In this document: piece by piece, positions 12,939-25,926 of the stretch | Numbering within the stretch: position 1 is the stretch's first letter | Layout of the letters: every line of letters begins with the position of its first letter | Assembly (NCBI RefSeq): GCF_004010195.1 | Contig: NC_057711.1 | Location: 77,028,685 to 77,092,684 of the forward strand | DNA length: 64,000 nt | From: Chiloscyllium plagiosum | Taxonomy: Eukaryota | Direction: 5' to 3' | Program-made: the position numbers and the translations under genes | The notes under the pieces: model-generated | The model's database searches: none | Told to the model about the DNA's origin: nothing | Seen by the model: the letters and a program-made list of their open reading frames with translations, nothing else

Positions 12939-13058
12939 GCATCCAGCAATGTCTGGAAGCTGCTCTGCTTTGCTGGTTTTAGTTGAGGAAAAATATTTCC
13001 TCTCCACAGGGTCCTGGTGAAAATTAGCCTGGGTTAAGTTGGGGTCATCTGGCATCAT
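12939..13058 (-). CDS. Candidate coding exon, possibly the first coding exon
   Basis: Donor TGC|gtaagt. ATG ATG at 13058 has A at -3 and an in-frame stop just upstream: MMPDDPNLTQANFHQDPVERKYFSSTKTSKAEQLPDIAGC. Possible acceptors at 13079-13080 or 13014-13015 (75-nt exon). Confidence 0.45.
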
Positions 13059-14809
13059 CGTTATTTAAGAAGATTGATCTAATTTAAATAGATGTGGGAA
13101 AATAATGTTTGTCATATTAGAAAAGAACAGCTGACTCTCATTAGTTCACACTGCAATACCTCTGCTCTATTCTTCAGTCTCTCTTAAAAAATAGATATAA
13201 CGACAGTTAAACAGAAGAAAGGTCAATCATAAGATAATACAATCTTTGGCATGAGATTTTTGTCTTTTTCAGCAACGATCTTCCTAATTTGAGGGAATTA
13301 GAATAGGAAGTGGATGATCTTGCAAAATGTGGACAGCAGAGCATATTGCCAGTTTTTGATCACCACATATGCCTCAAGAAATCCATTACTGATGAAATTC
13401 CGCTTGCTTTGGATTAACTGTTAGGTTGAGTTAAATTATTGGTAAGTTTAAAAAAAAATACAGTATAGGAAAAGGGACTCTTGAGGTTCAGTGGTTGTGT
13501 CCCTACCTCTCCACCAAAAGATCCAAGTTCAAGTCCCAATTGCCCTGGTCACAAGTCATGCCACTTCTGAAAAGATTGACGAAAAATACATATACAGTGG
13601 GGGAAAGCATGAACTTTATTTGCAAAGGCACAGGCAGAAATTTTATTTAATTTGTGCTATAGTAACATGCTCGGTTTCCATCTCACAGCCTTACTTTGAC
13701 CCCTTAACCAATTTCTTATAAAATTATTTCTGGATAATGTCACACATACTGACTGATTAGAAGCTAAGCTATTGTGGATGAACTATCACCCTAAGGACCA
13801 AAAGTCTGATAGCACACTGGAAATCCCGAAGTAAGTGTCAACGGCTTTTAACACAACCAATGCAATATCATGTCATTTCTGTCCTTTTGCACCATTTAAG
13901 ATGAAGGATGTGGAAAGGACCTGCATAAAACAATTTCAACTTCAGAATTTAAACAGTATTCCACAAAATTGTGGTTGTATAGGTTTTGGAGCACAATGGA
14001 AAGAATTGACAGAATGGAGTCTAGTTTTTAAATTTTTGCCTCATTTTTGTGATGCCTCTATGGATGCAGTGTTAACATCTAAACAACATAGGGGCATTTT
14101 TGGCGCTACTGACCAGATGCAGAAGCCTACCTCTGAAACTAAAGAAAACCTGACTGGAGCATCCAGGGCATGATAATATGCTTTTGTGATTCAATGCCAG
14201 AAACTTTTAATGACTTAAGTAGAGAAGTAAAGGTGAGCATTGTGGCACATTCAGCTGCATCCTGATCTGCAAAGACTCTCTGCAGCATTTTCATGCCTAC
14301 TCCAAGACCTTACTGCTAACAGATAGGTTACACAAGTCCATCCAATCATGAGCAGCATGATATTGTAGGTATTTAGTGGGGTTTTTTTTAATGGAAACTA
14401 TGACCATTTGCAGGTAGAACTAAATGTGCCATTCTCATGACTGCATGCAAAGTTTCACTAAGAGCTTGTGTGCTATGAATACCACTTTAAATGAGATCTT
14501 AATCTTAGTAATTCATTGGACACAATGTACTCCAGCTTATTGCAAACAGGGAAGTGCAGATGCACCATGAGATAAAATGTGGTTTAAAAAAAGGGGGGGG
14601 GCCTGGAAGAGGACACTAAATTCAAAGTGCTTTCCCTTTTCCCCAGCTCTCTCATCACTCTATCTGTACCCCACATGCTGCCCTGTACCTCCATGTTCAA
14701 GTATGCCTCTGCACAGATGCAAGTGGAACAATCTGTGCTGAAGGTCATAGGCTCTTAAACGTGAAAATGGGAACTAATAAGAACCTTGTCAACTAGGGAT
14801 ACAAGCAGC

Positions 14810-14830
14810 GTCTCTCTCTCTCTCTCTCTC
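14810..14830. repeat. (TC)n microsatellite
   Basis: Direct observation of about 10 TC units. Confidence 0.9.
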
Positions 14831-15284
14831 CTAATGCTCCAGGGATTGTGCAATGTAAAAATGCTAGGGAGAGGAACAGTAAACAGTCAGGATTTGACAC
14901 ATAGGTATACTATACAATGTTAGGTGGGCATGTTTTTGTTTTCATTTGAGCCATGTGTAGATTTGCAATACAATAAATGCTTCATGACAACCAATTCTTG
15001 AGCAATCCATCAGCACACTGAGAATGCATTTCAGATACTGGGAGAGACTTGAAGGTGGCCTTCAGTATACAACAGCAAGGTCCTCCAGAGTGGTTAGGGT
15101 GTGCTGTGCTCACAAGAAGCATAGCAGTGGGTGAAATACATATTAGGACTCTAAAGAGGAGTTGAAAGATGTGGAATACAATGTGGCCAATGCACCAGTA
15201 GTGATGCTCCCATGATGGACTGGAAACTCTTACAGCTGGGACATCTGGGCTCCTTATTGTTCCATGTAAGGGGAGCCAATAACC

Positions 15285-15522
15285 TGGTGGCATTATCTCT
15301 AGACTATTAATCTAGAGACTCAGGCAATGTTCTGGGCTCATGGGTTCAAATTTCACCATGGCAGATAATAGAATTTGAATTCAATAAAAATCTGGCATTA
15401 AAAGTGTACTCTTAATGTGACTCCATGTGGTTGACTCTTAACTACCTTCTGGGCAACTAAGGATGGGCAATAAATGTTGACCCAGCCAGCAATGCCCAGA
15501 TCCCGTGAATGAATGAATAAAA
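15285..15522 (+). mobile_element. Deu-domain/SacSINE1-like tRNA SINE, internally shortened
   Basis: Head with gggttcaaat B-box, gaatttgaattcaataaaaa, tgtggttgactcttaac, tail ggatgggcaataaatg...gaatgaataaaa. Confidence 0.7.
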
Positions 15523-16459
15523 ATGGTCAGTTGTTGATACCCTGTATCTATAGCAAGTTAGGCAGAGCTGCAAATCCAAGCACCTGCTAATTCTAGTTTC
15601 TGTCATCAGAGATAGCATTGGCATAAATGCTTGCTCTGGCAAATAAGCCATCAGTCATATTTATGGCCTGTAGCAAACGAAAGTGACATTGGGTTTTGTC
15701 AGCTGCCAAACAGGTCCACTTCACATAGATCTGGATCCAACAGATTCTACACATCGGCCACAATCCTGATGCAAGTGTTAAAGGTTCTACTATCTTAAAT
15801 CCTCAATAAGGTAAACTGACCCCAATCAAAATTATTGTCAGCTCAGTAAAAGCTCAGCAAAGAGAAATTTCAGATCATTAAAAGAACTCAGCCAACTTGC
15901 AGCTATAGGCTGAATTCTGTAATGAAATATCCTTTCCCAAGAGTTTTCACACCAGCAAAATTGCCTTGGAGTAGAATATATTTATAGCTACATTACAGCA
16001 GAAACATTTTATCCTAAATTTACCAATATTAGCACTTACAATGCCAACTTAACAATTCTAGGATATTTTAATTATACATGGGCTTGCAAGGACATAAGTC
16101 TAAGAGACCTCTTTGGAATATCTATGTCTGAGCTTTTTGTAGAGTGATTAAAAGTAATCTCAACATTTCTGTGTTATAAGATGGATGAAAGTCTCTCTCT
16201 TTGTGAGCATATCTTTTTTTCCCTTTTAAGACTTACAGGGCTGAATCTTGTGTTTGATTTGACTGTTATATGGAAGGGTTTCCACTGTGAAACCTCTTGA
16301 TTTACCAAACTCACCACATTAACCACCTAACCTAACCCTGTAGCACCCCTCACACACATTCCAGCACCACCGTACCATGTACCATTTTCAGAACAATGCC
16401 ATTCAGCAAATATCGCAAGGTGACGAGCTTTGTCAGTCTGTCCTGCAAAGGGACTGATA

Positions 16460-16710
16460 TTTGCCCAGGATATAGCAGATGAGGAAATTGCTGTCCTGCT
16501 TTGTAAGGAGGAAGTAAACTGGAGGTCCCGCTGGACTAGGTGGTGCACAACGAGGATGCCTTCTTCCACCAGGACCAGCAGTGCAGGCCATGCCACCAGA
16601 CCATGCCAGCCTGGTCTGAGGTCAAAGCAGTCTCAGCTTCCTGGAGAAATGCTCAGCACTGTAGGAAGGAGGTCAATAACCTTCTCCACTCTGCCAGTGT
16701 TAAGTGCCAC
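16460..16710 (+). pseudogene. Myb/SANT-like DNA-binding domain fossil (Harbinger ORF2 type)
   Basis: LEVPLD*VVHNEDAFF..QTMPAWSEVKAVSASWRNAQHCRKEVNNLLHSA has the AW..V...R...C.K..N.L pattern of MSANTD/Harbinger Myb proteins. Confidence 0.7.
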
Positions 16711-16879
16711 AATCTTCTCTGACACCTCATTCACTCTAACTCTGCTACGGTGCCACATCCCACCATTCTCCATGACTCTCTCTATACCTCACCCATGACC
16801 AAGTCCCGCTCCAACCTTCAACAGACTATTTCAAGTTCTTTCACTGGTATCAGAGGCTGCCCTTCACTTACCATGCCAA

Positions 16880-18385
16880 CACCTCATGGGATGTATCCTA
16901 GGATATTAAAAAAAAGTAGTTGCAAAAGTACTGGATGCACTGTAGCAATCTTCCAATATCAGCTTCTGGACAAGTCTCAGAGGATTGGAAAACTGCTGAT
17001 ATAACATCTTTATTTAAAGAGGAAAGGAGACAAATAAATAGGTAACTATAGGCCAGTGAACATAACATCTATTCGTGGAAAATGGGCAGAGTATTATAAT
17101 AAAGGATATAACAGCAGAGCATTTAAAACATTACAATGGGTCAAAGGGTCTCTTCTGTCCTGTATGATTCCATGAAATGCATAATATTATCGAGCAGAGT
17201 TAGCACTGCCTCACTAATGAAAAATTATGCCTGACATATTTTGTAGAGTTCTCTGAGTAGGAAACAAGCAGGATTGATAAAGGAGAAGCAGTGGATTTCC
17301 AGAAGTTGTTTGACAAGATACCACATGAGGCTATTTAAGATAAGAGCATGTGGTTTTGGAGGTAGTATTTTAGCATGGATAGAGAATCGGCTAACTAATA
17401 GAATACAGAGATGGATTAAGGGGTACATTTTCTAATTTTAAGTAGCGAACTGTCACAGGGATCAGTGCTGGAGCTACAATAATTTCCAATCTATAATAAT
17501 GACTTGGATTAAGAAGGTAAATGTAATATTACCAATGTTCTGGGTGATACAAAAATAGGTGAGACGGTAAATGACGAAGATAACACAAACAGACTGCAGA
17601 AGGACACAGATTAAACAATAAGCAAACATCTGGCAGATAGATATATAATGTGGGAAAATGAGGGTTTATGCTCTTTGGTAGGAAGAATAAAGAAACTGAA
17701 TATTATTTAAATGGAGAAAGACTGCATAAAGCTACAGCAGAGACAGAGATTTGAGAGTCCTCATGCATAAATCACCAAAACTAGCATTCAGGTTCAATGA
17801 ATAATAGGGAATGCAAATAGAATGCTGTTCTTTAATTCAAAAGGAATGGAGTATAAAAATAGGGAGGTTTTGCTAAAACTATAGAGGCACGAGCCACACC
17901 ATCGCTGGAATGCTGTGAACAGGTTTGCGCCCCTTATTGACGGAAAGATATACTGGCATTGGAGGCAGTCCAGAGAAAGTTCATGAGGCTGATACCAAGT
18001 ATGGAGGAGCTGACTTATAGGAAGAGGTTGAGTAGGTTGGAGATTCATTGGAGTTGAGAAGAACTAGAGGTAACCTTATTAAAACATACAAGATTCTTAC
18101 AGGACTTGACAGGGTAGATGCAAAGAACTTGGTCCTCATGTGATAGAATCTAGAACCAGAGGACATAATCTCAGAATAAAGGATTGCCCATTTAAGACAG
18201 AGATGAAAGAAATTCCTCCTCTCTGAGAGTAGTGGATTTGTGCAGACGGCTGTCAAGGCTAGGTTATTAAGTATATTCATGACTGAACGAGACAGATCTT
18301 TAATCATTAAGGGAAAAGGATGGACTTGAGGACTATCAGATTAGTCATGAACTCATTGAATGGCAGAACAAACTTGATGACAATA
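16880..18385 (+). mobile_element. Old CR1 LINE fragment (RT to 3' end)
   Basis: GMYPRILK, EDWKTADITSLFK, GNYRPV, DFQKLFDKIPH, QGSVL and GDTKIG remnants. Confidence 0.85.
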
Positions 18386-18561
18386 TTCCAGCATGAGTAC
18401 TAAAGACATGTGCTCCGAAAGGTAACGTGCTACACATCCCTCGTCAAGCTCTTGCAGTATGGCTATGACACTGTCGTCTACCCTGCAATGTGGAGAGTTT
18501 CTCAGGGATGTGCTGTGCACAAAAAAGTACAGAAAATCCAATCTGGACAATTACCACACTA

Positions 18562-19183
18562 TCAGAAACAAAAACAGAATTTGTTGAAGAGGGTCAGCAG
18601 ATCTGGCAGCATCTGTGGAGATAAAGCAGAGTTAACCTGTTGGATCCAGTGACCTTTTTTCAGAACTAGTAGCTAGGAAAAGATGGCATATGCTGAAGAC
18701 AGGGGGTGAGGTGGGTAAAGAGTGAGGAGATAGGTGGAGACAGAATGCAGAGGAAAAGAAGGACAATTAGGCAAACAAGTGGATGAAGAATGGTGAGCTG
18801 GGAAAGAGAAAATCCGATAATGAGGATAATTTGCAGATGAAAATGGGTTGGCTGTGCTGAAAGCAGCCCAAGTGATGCCATGACCTGGGATTGTTGGATA
18901 TGGACAAAGGACATGCAAGAAGATGTTCAGCCCTAAAATAATTGAACTCAATATTGAGTCCTGACAGCTGCAGGGTCTTCAAGATGGGTCATCCTCTATC
19001 TGCACTGGGGAGATGAAACGTAAGTTGGGTGACTGCTTTCTGGAAACCTACATTCTGTCTACAAAAATGACCCCGAGCTTCCAGTTACCTGCCACTTCAA
19101 CACATCACCATGTTTCACTGCCAACATTTCTAGCTTGGGCCTGCTACCTGCTCCATCGAGGCTCAGTGCAAGCTGGAAGAACA
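18562..19183 (-). mobile_element. 5'-truncated Penelope-like element with internal inversion
   Basis: Minus strand 18562-18987 holds TLQLSGLNIEFNYFR plus the 3' terminal repeat. Plus strand 18988-19183 holds GIY-YIG remnants GEMKRKLGDCF, PVTCHFN and CKLEEQ. Confidence 0.75.
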
Positions 19184-21454
19184 GAGATCCATATTGGAAT
19201 GTACACATGGGTAGATGCCAGGTGTAAACTCAGCAGTACAATCCCAATAATTGAATAGTCAGTGAACAGTCACTGTTTGAACTCAAACATGAAGAACAGT
19301 CCTGTGGATGAGATTCTGAAGGGCTGTCTGCATAACACAGCACTTTAATGCAGGAGGAGAGAAAACTGAGGGAAGAAAATGTCCTGCAATGGCATAGGAT
19401 CAAATCATGATCAATATAAAATACTGCAACTATTACATGTTTCCCTTCTTCTATGCCAGGTAGATTGAAGATGGGTTTTGATAAATAGTTGTAATAATTT
19501 TCACAGTAGCCTTTTTCGGGTAGAGTGTGTTTTAGCACAGCTTTTTGATCATTCTGTCCTTCTAACCTAATTCCACATAAAATTTTAATAATAGTTTGTG
19601 ATAATGAGGTAAGTCAGCATAATAAGCTAAATTATCTTTCTGTCTGATTGGGTTGTCCTAACATTATCAGTCACAATCGAGATTGCTCATCATTAAATTG
19701 TTTGTCTGGCTACCCGCTGATAAATTACTTGTAATATATGTAACAGGTAATATTTGTTAATCTATTCCAAAGTCTCAATCTATCATTCCCTTATTGAACA
19801 AAAGGTGGTGAACAGCTGCTGACAGACAGTTTTTGTCACAAGACATTCCAGAATGCGTAGCCAAACACAGATCTGCTTTCAGTACCTCAGGAGAGGGTAT
19901 CTCACACAAACATTTTTGTTCTGTAAAAGTTCCTGCACAATTTTCTTCAGAGAAAATTCCTAGTGACATTTCAATAATTTCAGCAACATATTTTCTTTGT
20001 TTCTGACTTTTTATTTAGATTTTGATTTATTTGGTTTCCTTAAAATAGTGTGTGCACTCAATTCCTTCACCCAGGCTTATTATGTTGAGTGCTTCCTTTC
20101 TTGACATGTGCAGTATACATATAGATATGCAAACATGTGTGTGGGTGTTTTTGTGGGCAAAACAAAAAAAAATCAAAACTCCTACATTACCTACCCGAAC
20201 ATAGAAGGGCATTTGGTTACAAAGCAAGCCGAGATATAAATGATTTATGTTATTTGAACTATAATACTACACTTGAATTATTCAGGATTCATAAATTATG
20301 TTAATTCTAGTGACATGTAAAAAATGATTTATGAAGCCCAGAGAATGCACTAATTAAAGGTTCTATTTGTTTATATGCACAGGGTCCTTTAATTAGAAAA
20401 GGATAAGTAAGAGATGTGTTTCATTTTGTTCATTTTACAAAAAAAATTCCTAATTATACAGTGTTTAGTTTACAGCAGTACATTTGTCATTCTATCGAAG
20501 AGATGTAGTCACTCATGGCACCAAATTTTCCATCTGAATGTAGGTCCACAATTATTAACCAAAAGTGATTAGGCAGCATTGTACTCATAGAGTTAGTCAT
20601 TTTAAAGCACTGTTACAAAAGTGTAAAACAATTGAGGTGTCAAATGAAATTATAATCCAGGAAAATAGAAGTCAAAGCACTTGAAGCAGAAGATTGCACT
20701 TCAACTTTGAACAAACACCCTCTGAGCTCTTTGTTCAATGCCAATGCTGTACTTTTGCTGCAAACGGATAAGAATCATTTGCAGTTAAAACAAGTTGTAG
20801 ATAGTACTAAAGTTCCAGTGGCTGAAAGATAAAATTCCAATAATTGCAAGATTGTTACATAGTCAGATAAAATTAAACTGAAGGATCTATTATGTTGCCA
20901 GTTGCAAATTCACAATGAGTAAGTACTTCACTTTGGATGAGAACCCAAACTGGCAGTAAATAAACATAACACATGATGTCAAACATGGCTATCATATAAA
21001 TTCACACATTGTAAAAGCTAAATCAGCATTAGAAGAGGTGATAGCTGAGAGCTGATACTGGTCTTAAATATTGGTACGTAGTTGCACTTGAAATGCAGGA
21101 GACACAGACATGTTTTACCTCCAGGTATAAACAAAAGTTCTTCCATTTGTTTAGAGTAAATACTGGGTCTTTTAAAAAATTTATCAGCATATTTTAATAA
21201 ATCCATCGTATATTTATAATATCATGTTCTGGGAGGGTGAGACTTTATATTGGGGCACACATATGGAAAACTGGCTCTAAAGTCTCATGCAATTCCTCAT
21301 ACGCTGAGCCGCAGATACACAGAGATTAATTATTAATTAGTGAAAGAATAAAGGAACAAGGGAGAATTTCAAAACATATCAATAAGAATCAGGCAAAGGA
21401 TGATTAGAGATAGTTGAAGGACTTTGAATTTTCTTTACTTCCTCAGGAGATTTG

Positions 21455-21750
21455 GTACTTATTGTCTATCCCTAAATGAGTAGGCCATTTCAGAGGACAG
21501 ATGAGTTAACTACATTGCTGTGGGTCTGTAAGCCAGAAAAGGATGATAAGCCGACTACTGTAAAGGGCATTACTAATTAGTAGATAGTATTTTACAACTA
21601 TTAATATTGTATATATGAGCATTGTAGATTGCTTTCAATTCACTGAGTTCAAACTTCACTAGCTGCTATGGTGGGATTCAAACTCATGTCCTCAGAACAT
21701 TTTCCTGCTGTGCTTGATTAGTAGCCCAGTGATATTGCTACTACAGCACC
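21455..21750 (-). mobile_element. Deu/SacSINE1-like SINE (old)
   Basis: Reverse complement resembles the copies at 15285 and 25620 (tRNA-like head, gagtttgaatccc B-box). Confidence 0.6.
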
Positions 21751-23074
21751 ATTTCCCTGGCAATGCTTGAAATATTCTCCAAAGTTAGTATGTCTGGCAT
21801 AAATGGAATTAATGTATGCCAAATGAGAGACTTCAAACTCACAGGAGACAGCTTACATGGCTTAATAATAATGATTTCAGCTAAAGGGAAACTGAAAACA
21901 TTATCAGACAAAAGAAATTTGGTAAGAGACAAAGTGCAAGGAAAAACACATAAGAACAGCAGCTGATATTGAAGAGTATTCTGTCTCTGCTCTGCATCAT
22001 CATTGACTGTATGCAACAACAGTTGAGCTTTCTCCCTTAAACTTTGGTCCCACTTCAAAACTATTTCTTAATTTAAAATTTCTGAAATTGAGTTTTTCAT
22101 AAACAATATTGAATATAATAAGTAAATATCCATAAAAATAAAATTCTCAACTTGCATTCATTAATTTAATGAAAAAATATTCTGTTATCTGAAGCACCAA
22201 CAACACGAACATAAATTTGAACAGTACTTTCAGATAAGGATTTCTGTCACATCAATTAACTAAGCACACTGATAATTTACGATCAAATATCACGGACAAT
22301 AGACACTGACAGCAAATATATCAGACAGTAATATTAAGTCAGACATGAGAGTCAGCACAAGAGGATACTAATATTTTATATTTAATGTATTTAATTTCTT
22401 CCCAGATTATCTATTAAGCCGAGGTAAGAATCTGGACAGGATCCCAACCTAGAGAATTCTTCACATCAGGGTATTTTTTATTATATTCAAATTGCCAGCT
22501 TCTCAAACACGTCCCAAGAAGAGCTCCTCTTTTTCATTTTCCACCTGTACCAAGAAAGTCGCTATTTAGTAAATTGGAAAACTGGTCTGAGCTCCATAAC
22601 ATGGTATTGTTTTGGATTCAGATTTTCTAACAAGGTTGTCACTGCTCAGTCCTTGAGTCCAAGTTTGGAATGTGGCATGCTGCTTGCAGTTATACGGTGT
22701 AGGAACTCTGAAGGGTACATATGGTTATTAGCTTACTTCTATATAAAATCATTGCTGCTTTCTTTTTTAATTCATCAGATAGCTTTTCTGAGCCTTTCTC
22801 GTTCAACACGGATGAATAGTAATGTAATCTTCCTAGCAATTTCTCTGGTCCTCCATTCAACTAATGTGCACAAGCATTGCCTACCAATAGTCACAAACAG
22901 ATACACCCTCTAGACTGAGCAATCAAAATGATCCAGATAGATAAAAATGGATTCTTATTACAGATTGTTAAACACAACAGATAAAGGTACAGTGCTTTGT
23001 GCTTCCTTAATTTATTAAATTAATTTGACCATACAATACAAGACAATATGCACATATCAATGAACTGGGAACTG

Positions 23075-23180
23075 CAATTCTGAAAAAAGGTTAACACTGT
23101 GTCTCTCTCCTTTGATGCTGTTAAATATGGTGTGGCTTTTCAGCATTTTCTGTTTTTATTTCTGATTTCTAACATCCACA
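23075..23180 (+). mobile_element. Degenerate Penelope terminal-repeat fragment
   Basis: ttctgaaaaaaggttaac...cagcattttctgtttttatttctgattt resembles the reverse complement of 18562-18670. Confidence 0.45.
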
Positions 23181-25619
23181 AATAAAATTAATATGGTGCA
23201 CTACTTCAAAATAGGTCATGCCAATAGGACAAGGGAATTTACATTAAAATGGGTAAGATTGTCAGGAACAGGTATCAGGAGGAGTTTTTCATATGTAACC
23301 ATAGCACAGGCCCCTGGATAACACAGTGGAAGCTGCATTTCTTGATGGGAGGCTGAAAATTTATTTAAAATTCTTAATCTTTGTGTTAAAAAGAGACAAA
23401 TCTGCACAGCAGTACAACCAGAGTCATGGAAATAATCACTTGACACATATACTTGAACAATAAATATTGTTTCTGCTGCAACCAGGAGGATGACAACAAC
23501 TTTCCAGAAACAGATGGAAGAAATGCACAAATACAAACTTTTCATAAATGGTAAACAGACATACTTATAGTTGATTTGTAATCAAGAAACTCCCAGCATC
23601 ATCTTCAAAATGATGACCAGGTTTAAAAGCAACAGGGAGGAAACAGACCACAATAATAATGCAAAACAGGAAATGGTAAATTGGCAGGGCATTTACACCT
23701 GCCTTGATTTTCTTTTGGAAAGGAAATAAAATGGGCCACTGATTCACTACAACCTCTTTTGGACTGGTGGTGATAATCTATTTCACTATCCCCCTAAAGC
23801 CCCAACCCACTTTTCTCTAATGTGCAAACTCATAACAACAATCCAATATCCAAAACCAAGTTCTCAGAATAACTATTAAATCTGTCTGTTTGATAATATT
23901 CTTAACATTTCCAAGTAAATTATGTCAATATTAACCTGGCAAAATTGAGAACAAACTGGCTTGTTTTGTTATTGGTACTTTACTCATGGAGTGCACAATA
24001 TGGTATTTGTTGGAGTAGCTTTATCACTTTGACATGAAGGAACTGTCAGTTTGGAGTAGAAATCATTTTTCAGCAGACGACATCCTGATGTGTCTAATGA
24101 AGCCTTTCTGCTGACAACTCATTTACTATAAATACCCAACAATAATCAGGTGAAGAGGGTTAATAAACTACTTAGATAATTAGTCCTGCACAAGCTGTGT
24201 ATTAGAAAGAAAGCAAAAAGAAAATATCAGTAAATTCCAGGTAAGCACATCTTCATTTTTGCTGCATTAATTTGCATTAGATTTCTTGAGGTTCAGTTTT
24301 GCTTCAAGTTTGTAATCTGTTTGAATTGCTATATAATAGGCTGAAAATTAGTGAACACACGCAGAGCAGCAGCCTGTGTGCCATTTGTTGCAAATACCAA
24401 TTAATCTTCAGTTAGTTCTGTTTTACAGATTAAGATCTTAAAATCTCTGGTAAATACGTATTCTTGCAAACTCTCATGAAAAAATTCAGATGGTTTGTGA
24501 AGTGTAGATCTATATTGGTAAATATTTTCAATGTTTAGACAACATTGATTATATTTAAAATATGATAGTCTTGAGAAATTGTTGCAATTCTTTATTATCA
24601 TTGAAATAATTATAACCTCTCTTGTTTTTATCTCAACTACCCATGTTTTGTTTTTACTCAATGCAAACAAATCAATTGGGAATTAACCATTCCTGTGTGT
24701 GGAGAATTCCATCTTCAGCAGTAAGGTCGACCTTTGATATTTCAAACTTGTTTTGTGCATGAAAAGATTTGAATTATCGAGTGAAAGAAATTAAACAATA
24801 TAAATAAAGAATTTACTACAAAAGAAATGTCCAATACCAGGTAATTTTAATGAAAACTTTGAATGCAGAGTGCTATACTGTAGACTGTCCTTATTCATAT
24901 GCTTGAATTTTTCAGATTGTATCTTGCTAATATGATGAGCCTTTTATTTCAGATTTGTTTAATAAGTCTATTCAATTCAATTGTAAGGTGTATTTTTCTT
25001 TAAACAGGATATGACATTTATTGTATGTCTATTGTAGTGTGAAACAAGTCAAGTTTAAAAGGAATGCAAAAATGTTTTTAATATATTGAATTTTGATACA
25101 GTTGCCAACTAGAAAATAATTGCCAGAATGTCTGGTAATTTTCAAATCCAACAGAAGATTCAACATGAGTGATCAGAATTATGATGCAATCAGAATAGAT
25201 TTGGCAAAAAAAAATCTGATCCTTACCAACACCACCATATTCTGAAAAAACAGCTAGGTTTCTTTTTTTCCAAAAGAAAAAGCGTCCTAGGGATGGATTT
25301 TCAATCCAAATCAGCATCTTTGATGCAAACAGTTTTTTAAAATGCCTAGGGCCTAATTAATTTGGGAGTGAGCTTGTTCTGAAATGAATAGAGCTGTGAG
25401 CAGTTTGAAGGCAGGACCCAGTAATTCAGACTCCTTTGCAAAAGTAAGAATCAGATAAGACTGGTGTTGCCATTTGATGAGACAGTGCAGTTGGGTGCAC
25501 AGAGGGCCATGACTGGCATGGTAGGCATCCTTGGTCATCCAGTACCAATATTCTCACAAACCTTTCTTGAAGCCTTAACCAAGACAGTTGTTGACTGATG
25601 AGCAAGATATTAGGGAAGA

Positions 25620-25926
25620 TGATCGCATAGTGATAACATCACTGCACTGCTAATCCAAAATCCTGGGAACAAGGGTTTGAATCCCATCATGGCAGATGGC
25701 AAAATGTGAATTCAGTAAAAATCTCGAATCAAGAAAGTGAGTCTAATGGTGACCATGTAACCCATCTGGTTTACTGAAGTCCTTTCGGGAAGGAAATTTG
25801 CTCTCCTTGCCTGGTCCAGTCCACATGTCACTCCAGACTGTCAATAACGTGGTTGACTCTTAATTGTCTTCTAAGCAATAAGGGATGGCCTAATCAGCAA
25901 TACCAACATCCCATGAACAAATAAAA
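25620..25926 (+). mobile_element. Deu/SacSINE1-like SINE
   Basis: gggtttgaatccc B-box, cccatctggtttactgaagtcctttcgggaaggaaatttgc central domain, gtggttgactcttaa, tail catcccatgaacaaataaaa. Confidence 0.75.

Noticed and set aside
19775..19969. Cys-rich 64-aa minus-strand ORF
   Set aside because: No convincing splice sites and no recognisable domain.
22737..22860. Possible minus-strand exon LNGGPEKLLGRLHYYSSVLNEKGSEKLSDELKKKAAMILYR with gtaagc donor
   Set aside because: The acceptor lacks a pyrimidine tract and I recognise no homology; not supportable without RNA data.
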